Of a DNA stretch of 24,792 nucleotides, positions 18,031-24,792 are shown piece by piece. The translations under genes and the position numbers were made by a program. How positions within the stretch are numbered: position 1 is the first letter of the stretch; every line of letters begins with the position of its first letter. Origin of the DNA: Macrostomum lignano (taxonomy: Eukaryota). Below the pieces are notes generated by a model, which saw only the letters and a list, made by a program, of their open reading frames with translations, was not told the DNA's origin and did no database searches. The stretch is taken from the NCBI GenBank assembly GCA_002269645.1, contig NIVC01002649.1, positions 1 through 24,792 on the forward strand, written 5' to 3'.

Positions 18031-18274
18031 TGACCGCGTGCGCAACCGCAACAGCAGCTAGAACTGCGGGATAGAGACAGACACACGGCTTCAATAGGAT
18101 CGATTCTGCAGCTGTACTGTCAGAATTTCCCTATTCCCCCCCCCCCAAGTACGCAACGGCAGTGCACCGCATGCTTGCGAGGCAATATTGATCAATCAGC
18201 ATTCCTGGCGATGCCGGGGCGGTCGAACGATGCAGAGATGGGCAGCGGGCCTGTGCAATGGCCTTTTTACCATA

Positions 18275-18668
18275 CCATAAAAGGTCAGCGCGCAGTTCCA
18301 GGCTGAATCCTTCCTTTCGTCCTCCGCTGAACCCCAGTTCCGGAACACCACCCCCCTCTCTCATCCCTCCGGTGAGGCTGCCTTGACTTCTTTACCTTGC
18401 CGTGGTCGTTTGCTACGTGACCGACTGCATCAAGGAATACAAAAACTGTGTCCGCGGCTTTTCGCAGTGCCGTCCCGCCCGCTCGGTCATTTCGCATTTC
18501 TCCCCAAACCATCCAAGGCTGCTCCCCCGTCTGTTGGCCGCTCCGTGCTTTCAAGGTAGGCGAATTGAATTTTATAGCTAAGGAAAAATTGGTCGTCAGT
18601 CGCGATAGACAGACAACTGTTCCACCGGCTGGCATTATATAATTTCACATTTCAGCGCGAAATCAGTT
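18275..18668 (+). promoter_or_regulatory. Muscle-type promoter of the myosin light chain: CArG box CCATAAAAGG (18275-18284), E-box CAACTG (~18614), TATA box TATATAA (18636-18642), initiator TCAGTT (18663-18668)
   Basis: Exact CC(A/T)6GG match; TATA start lies 29 nt upstream of the Inr A (18665); the ATG follows at 18715. Confidence 0.65.
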
Positions 18669-18714
18669 TTGAACTTGCAACATTCTTGGCTGCTAGCGAA
18701 GCTAAGAAGCGACA

Positions 18715-19890
18715 ATGGCTGATGATGTGAGTGCTGTGTGGTGCGGGGGTCTGGGGGTCGCTGACGCGAATTTTTAATGGCCCTCGCGTGTTGCGTTCGC
18801 CAAGGTGACACTTGACACACTTGGCGTTAACATTCCGGCATAGCATCACACGTTGCTAGCAAATTAATCATCGAGTAATGGAATCCACTTAGCATTTCCA
18901 AAAGAGACGAGCTGGAAATCCAATTATCTTTTAATCCATCCACCGTAATTATTTTGAATTTCATTGCAGGATGGCAAGAAGGAAGGCAAGCGCGCCCAAC
19001 GAGCGACTTCCAACGTTTTCGCCGCCTTTCCGCAGCAGCAGGTGCAGGAGTTCAAGGAGGTTAGTACGTTGTGGGATCATTGTTTGAGACTCAGAATCTT
19101 AGTATTATTATAGACTTGAAATTAATTATCTAATGATAGCTAGTCAGAGCCATTGAGCTTTTGAAATCGTAAAATTTCTGCTTGGAGATTGGTCAGTCCT
19201 TGTGACATCCGAACGCAGCTCGGTAAACAACTCGACCACTTCTCAAACGCAGGCGTTCACCATGATCGACCAGAATCGCGACGGTTTCATTGATGTCGAG
19301 GACCTCAAGGACATGTACGCCTCCCTTGGTAAGTCATTGCTGAACACAGAAGCTCATTGTGTCAGAGGCTTTAATTGTGATGCTTCAGTAACTCTCGGTT
19401 CGTTCCCCGCACAGGTCGCCAGCCAACCGACAAGGAGCTGCAGGAGATGCTGAAGGAGTCTCCCGGCCCGTTGAACTTCACCATGTTTCTGCAGATCTTC
19501 GGCGAACGGCTGACCGGCTCCGATCCGGAGGACGCATTGCGCAACGCCTTCAAAATGTTCGACGATGCCAACTCGGGCTTCCTGGACGAGGAATAGTGAG
19601 TTGCCCGCTCGCTGAAGTGCAGCTGTGATGATCATTAAGTCAGATGAAAGTTGCCAGACATCAAAGACTTCCAAGTAGAAATGTTGCAAAAGCTACAAAA
19701 AGTTGCTAAAACGTTCACCCTTTTATCGATTCTGTTATATTCCAGTTTCCGTGACCTGATGAAGAACATGGGCGACAATTTCACGGACGACGAGATCCGG
19801 CAGACCTGGAAGGAGGCGCCAATCCAGGCCGGCAAGTTGGATTATAACAAATTTGTCACGCTGATCAAACGCGGCAAGGAGGACGAATGA
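18715..19890 (+). CDS. MRLC: Myosin regulatory light chain (EF-hand); join(18715..18726, 18970..19059, 19253..19328, 19415..19595, 19746..19890); 167 aa
   Basis: [85 protein letters not shown]...[26 protein letters not shown]...GKEDE. Has the kinase site [10 protein letters not shown] and canonical EF-hand [12 protein letters not shown]; all four introns GT..AG and in frame. The 12-nt first exon rests on ATG plus a GTGAGT donor. Confidence 0.95.
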
Positions 19891-20499
19891 GCGCAACAAG
19901 CGTTGGCCATTTTATTTTAGCGATAACGCAATCGCGCTTTACTCTGGACGACAGACTTTTCATATAGCCTTATTACTTGCTTTCTAACTAATGTTTTCGG
20001 GAGTAAATCTTGGTGTACTGATTTTAAATTAGCAATTTTCTTTAACTTCAAAGCCCTCATATTTCTAGCTCGTAATTCAATTTTCTCTTCTCCGCTATAG
20101 ACAGGCGCGCAGTCTTCTTCAACCCTACCATGGTCGTTCTTCCGCTGCTGCTGCACTTTCGTTACTTGCTACTAACTGAGGATTGGCAGTAGAGTATCGC
20201 GCATTCGTTTTCGCGCTAACCCCCCCCCCAAGCCGATGCTGCTAATTATCCCAAGTAGTATCTTGCGTTTGTTTAAAAAACTGAGTGAAGGAATAGATTC
20301 TAATCAGTCTAAAATTTGGTCTACCTTTGAGCGGTCATTACTAAGAAAATATTTGGCAAGGTCCTGCAGCAATGAAATATGACAAATAAACTAACCCAGC
20401 TTGAAATAAAAGCGCATTCTATAGACTAGTTTGCATACGAGCTAAAAACATAAGCGAGTCTTTATTCAGTTTTTTTGAAGTGAACAAAAACGGCGCTGT

Positions 20500-21242
20500 A
20501 ACCCAATGAGACACTAGAAAGGGACACAGCGGCAACCCAATGAGACACTAGAAAGGGACACAGCGGCAATTCAATGGGACACTAGGCAAGCCAACCCAAT
20601 GAGACACTAGAAAGGAACACAGCGGCAACCCAATGAGACACTAGAAAGGACACAGGCAACCCAATGAGACACTGGGAAGGACACAGCGGCAACCCAATGA
20701 GACACTAGAAAGGAACACAGCGGCAACCCAATGAGACACTAGAAAGGAACACAGCGGCAACCCAAGGAGACACTAGCACAGCGGCAACCCAATGAGACAC
20801 TTCAGAAAGGGAACACAGCGGCAACCCAATGAGACACTAGAAAGGAACACAGCGGCAACCCAAGGAGACACTAGAAAGGAACACAGCGGCAACCCAAGGA
20901 GACACTAGAAAGGAACACAGCGGCAACCCAAAGAGACACTGGGAAAGGACACAGTGGCAACCAATGAGACACTGGGAAAGGACACAGCGGCAATTCAATG
21001 GGACACTGGGAAAGGACACAGCGGCAATTCAATGAGACACTGGGAAAGGACACAGCGGCAATTCAATGGGACACTGGGAAGGGACACAGCGGCAATTCAA
21101 TGGGACACTAGGAAGGGACATAGCGGCAATTCAATGGGACACTGGGAAGGGACACAGCGGCAATTCAATGGGACACTAGGAAGGAACACAGTGGCAACCA
21201 ATGAGACACTGGGAAGGGACACAGCGGCAACCCAATGAGACA
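20500..21242. repeat. Minisatellite: 34-bp unit (aacccaatgagacactagaaaggaacacagcggc), ~22 copies, with an aattcaatgg/ctggg subvariant in the right half
   Basis: Visible ~34-bp periodicity. Confidence 0.95.
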
Positions 21243-22126
21243 GACAAAACAGAATTCACTAATCAAGAACAATGAAGGTTAAATAAGTGTGTTTAAACAA
21301 TAATTAAGATGATTTTATAACGACAGCAGAGAGAAACATCTCATACAATCCCGTACGGTCACAGTTATGTTATTTATTAAATAAATTTGAAACAGTTCAT
21401 TGCAATAGACTAAGCACAATTTACAACAGAAAAAACAACACAAACAGTTCATAGCAAACCATCTCAATAAATTGCGAAACCGAAATTAAACAAATTTTGA
21501 CAAAAAGCATTTGTTTTCCATTACAACGGAGACAATAAACTAATCAGCTAAATTCCACGGGGAGGGGAGTTAAAAACAAAGAAACAGAAAATGCACCGAA
21601 AAATTCTAAACTCATCTAGCTATTCAAATTTATCTAACCGTTTTATCTACAGTAATCCATACCCGCCAGGCTCAGCAATGAACCGAGTCCTAGTGCAAAA
21701 GGAACAGTTATCTAGGGCAGGAACACAAATAAAGATTATAGCTAAACCCTAATTTAAGTAGCCAAGTATCAATAAGTCAGATAATAATAATCCAGCAAGC
21801 GATTTATAAGCATAAAATGGGAGCGCGCGAGCGAGAAAGCTACATTAGTAATATAAGCTTCATTACTAATTAGTTTTATAATATGGATGAAGCGAGGAGC
21901 AGCATAACAAAACATATAATAACAATTCCATCGCGTTGAAATATGCACGGAATCATGTATCTGGGTCCAGCAACAGAGTAACTCTACGAGCGCATGTGTG
22001 CAGTCATTTTTTGACAAAAATATCTAAGCATGCAAATTCGCAATCCGATTTTACAAGTCTTTTTTATTTATTTTTTTAGACAGATTTTTTTGTATTTGTA
22101 TTTGTTTGTATTTATTTTTACACAGT

Positions 22127-22253
22127 CAGACAGACACTAAGACAGACAGATAGACAGCCAGACAGACAGACAGCCAGACAGCCAGACAGGTAGACAGACA
22201 CAGACAGATAGAAAGACAGACAGACAGACAGACGGACAGACAAACAGCCAGCC

Positions 22254-22290
<37 letters not shown>

Positions 22291-22568
22291 GCCAGACAGA
22301 CAGACAGACAGGTAGACAGACAGCCAGACAGACAGACAGACAGACAGCCAGACAGCCAGACAGACAGCCAGACAGACAGACAGAAAGCCAGACAGACAGC
22401 CAGACAGCAGACAGACAGACAGACAGCCAGACAGACAGACAGAAAGCCAGACAGACAGCCAGACAGCCAGACAGCCAGACAGACAGCCAGACAGACAGAC
22501 AGAAAGCCAGACAGACAGCCAGACAGCCAGACAGCCAGACAGACAGCCAGACAGACAGACAGAAAGCC

Positions 22569-22611
<43 letters not shown>

Positions 22612-22708
22612 AAGCCAGACAGACAGACAGACAGACAGACAGACAGCCAGACAGACAGAAAGCCAGACAGACAGACAGACAGACAGCCAGACAGACAGAC
22701 AGAAAGCC

Positions 22709-22741
<33 letters not shown>

Positions 22742-22801
22742 GCCAGACAGACAGACAGAAAGCCAGACAGACAGACAGACAGACACAGACACAATCAGAC
22801 A
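22127..22801. repeat. Compound tetranucleotide microsatellite (CAGA)n with CAGC and GAAA interruptions
   Basis: Direct inspection; source of the VCLS-repeat ORFs. Confidence 0.97.
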
Positions 22802-23384
22802 AGTATATTTAACCAGCAAAGGAAACTCAGAATTTGCCGAAGTCCTGCACACAAAAACAAAGTTGAGTTAAGCCGCACAACAAAGCAGAAATCGGAGGAA
22901 AAACAGACAAAAGCAGGGAAAAACAAATACAACTGCGACACAGAAATCCGAGCAGAAGCAAAATAAACTGGCCCGTGAGAAACAATCGCAAAATACTCGT
23001 AAATTCGAATTTCTCCAGCACAGACAGGGGCGCAAGGCTCTGTATTGAAGAGCAAGTTAATTAGCATCATTGATGATGCGCAGTGAAAATCCACACCGGC
23101 AATTAGTGCTGTAAACAGATTGGGCAGATGAATAAAATAAATTAATCAGCAACAGAGCCATACAATACTTGTCAGCGGATGGGACAAAATACACATGCTG
23201 TAGTGCGATTGCTATCAGTAATTAATGGTGGTAATTCTAATACTTTTAAGATGACGCTGGAATATTAGGTGTCAACACTGTGAGGCCTGTTATAAAAATT
23301 ATCAGACAAAAGGTGGTTGAGTTTTTGTTTTGAGAAGTTAATTCTTTCACTAATATAGGCCAAGATGAGACACAGGGGTAGGGA

Positions 23385-23420
23385 GAGGAAGGAAAGAAGA
23401 AAAACCGGAGAGGAGGGAAG

Positions 23421-23466
<46 letters not shown>

Positions 23467-24281
23467 AGAGGTGGAGGGAGAGAGGAGTGAGAAATACGGG
23501 AGAGAAGAGGAAGAGGAAGAGGAAGGAGGGGAGAGAGGAGAAAGGAGGGGAGAGAGGAGGAAGAGGAAGAGGAAGGAGGGGAGAGAGGAGAAAGGAGGGG
23601 AGAGAGGAGGGAAGGGAGGAGGAGAGGAAAAAGGAGGAGAGAGAGGAGAAAGGAGGGGAGAGAGGAGAAAGGAGGGGAGAGAGAGGAGAAAGGAGGGGAG
23701 AGAGGAGAAAGGAGGGGAGAGAGGAGAAAGGAGGGGAGAGAGGAGAAAGGAGGGGAGAGAGAGGAGAAAGGAGGGGAGAGAGGAGAAAGGAGGGGAGAGA
23801 GGAGAAAGGAGGGGAGAGAGAGGAGAAAGGAGGGGAGAGAGGAGAAAGGAGGGGAGAGAGGAGAAAGGAGGGGAGAGAAAGGAGAAAGGAGGGGAGAGAG
23901 GAGAAAGGAGGGAGAGACAGGAGAAAGGAGGGAGAGAGGAGAAAGGAGGGGAGAGAGGAGAAAGGAGGGGAGAGAGGAGAAAGGAGGGGAGAGAGAGGAG
24001 AAAGGAGGGGAGAGAGGAGAAAGGAGGGGAGAGAGGAGAAAGGAGGGGAGAGAGGAGAAAGGAGGGGAGAGAGGAGAAAGGAGGGGAGAGAGGAGAAAGG
24101 AGGGGAGAGAGGAGAAAGGAGGGGAGAGAGAGGAGAAAGGAGGGGAGAGAGGAGAAAGGAGGGGAGAGAGGAGAAAGGAGGGGAGAGAGAGGAGAAAGGA
24201 GGGGAGAGAGGAGAAAGGAGGGGAGAGAGGAGGGAAGGGAGGGGAGAGAGAAGGGAAAGGAGGGGAGAGAGGAAAGAAAGA
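23385..24281. repeat. Polypurine tract: (GA)n, then a 19/21-bp unit (gaggagaaaggaggggaga)
   Basis: 23498-24281 contains only A/G except one C at 23918. Confidence 0.97.
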
Positions 24282-24451
24282 CGAGGGAATACCAAAAAGA
24301 AAGAATTGAAAATCAATTAGACACCGAGGAAGATAGAGTGCAGAAACGCGGATGCCATCTCAAAGCATGAGTTCACCCGGTGCATCTGCAATATGCAGCA
24401 ATATCGCAGCAAAATTAGCTAGCAAACCAAGACACCAAGCAAACCAGCAAT

Positions 24452-24505
24452 TAGGACAGGCAGCAGTGGAAGCGAGAATAGGACAGGCAGCAGTGGAAGC
24501 GAGAA
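24452..24505. repeat. 27-bp perfect tandem duplication (taggacaggcagcagtggaagcgagaa) x2, in the likely PGRMC 3' UTR
   Basis: Units start at 24452 and 24479. Confidence 0.9.
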
Positions 24506-24576
24506 TGGGGTCAAAGGGTGTTGAATAGGCGATCAAATCCGGACACCGACAAGCTTCGAAGCTCCAGAGGCAGTCA

Positions 24577-24743
24577 CTAATTGCTGTTGCCGACGCTCTT
24601 AGCCGGAGACTGTCGGCACCGCCGCCGGATTTCGACGTCGGTCCGGCTGCGGCAGTTGAGTCGCGTCTGGTCGTCCTCCGTGTCCGAGTACTCCGTAGGC
24701 TGCTCGCTTGGCCGCAGCAGCTTGCCCACCAGGTCGTATTTCT
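24577..24743 (-). CDS. PGRMC: Last coding exon of a membrane-associated progesterone receptor component (PGRMC1/2, MAPR cytochrome-b5-like family); the rest of the gene lies beyond the window
   Basis: Not in the ORF track. The - strand after the acceptor acacag| reads xAG-KYDLVGKLLRPSEQPTEYSDTEDD..., matching the family C-terminal motif (PGRMC2-type EKYDYVGRLLKPGEEPSEYTDEED, recalled from memory). Phase-1 acceptor at 24744-24745; TAG at 24577-24579. The tail after TEDD is uncertain. Confidence 0.85.
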
Positions 24744-24792
24744 CTGTGTGTATTGGGCGTGGTGTCAGTCAGTGAGTCTATTCTCCTGTCCA

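Noticed and set aside
20837-21238. Cys-rich and DTAAIQW-repeat ORFs
   Set aside because: Translations of the 34-bp array.
22118-24370. Long VCLS-, PFSSL- and GERR-repeat ORFs (up to 356 aa)
   Set aside because: Microsatellite and polypurine translations, open only because the repeats lack stop codons.

Overview
Eukaryotic (animal) genomic DNA with GC-rich exons and GT-AG introns. The style, and the lophotrochozoan-type myosin light chain, suggest a free-living flatworm such as Macrostomum; this is an inference I cannot confirm. Gene models built by hand from splice sites and protein homology: SRP54 (- strand, 5 exons, with three 1-nt deletions in the last exon as written), calnexin (+, 3 coding exons, 599 aa), an orphan ORF with a C-terminal transmembrane helix (+), a myosin regulatory light chain (+, 5 exons, 167 aa, with a CArG/E-box/TATA/Inr promoter), and the last coding exon of a PGRMC/MAPR-family gene (-) at the right edge. 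About a third of the window is tandem repeat. Main observations: (1) all six coding-region introns of SRP54 and calnexin are a short ~90-200 nt core inflated by a private minisatellite, whereas the light-chain introns have none; (2) a ~2.4 kb block between SRP54 and calnexin is almost free of CpG, looks TpA-rich, and holds a 236-bp duplication whose copies differ almost only by C>T/G>A changes (methylation- or RIP-like decay), next to a CpG-rich GGCGCAC island; (3) a pre-miRNA-like hairpin at ~17.96-18.04 kb; (4) a 47-bp array built from splice-donor motifs right after a possible 8-nt microexon. No CRISPR, rRNA or tRNA features are supported.
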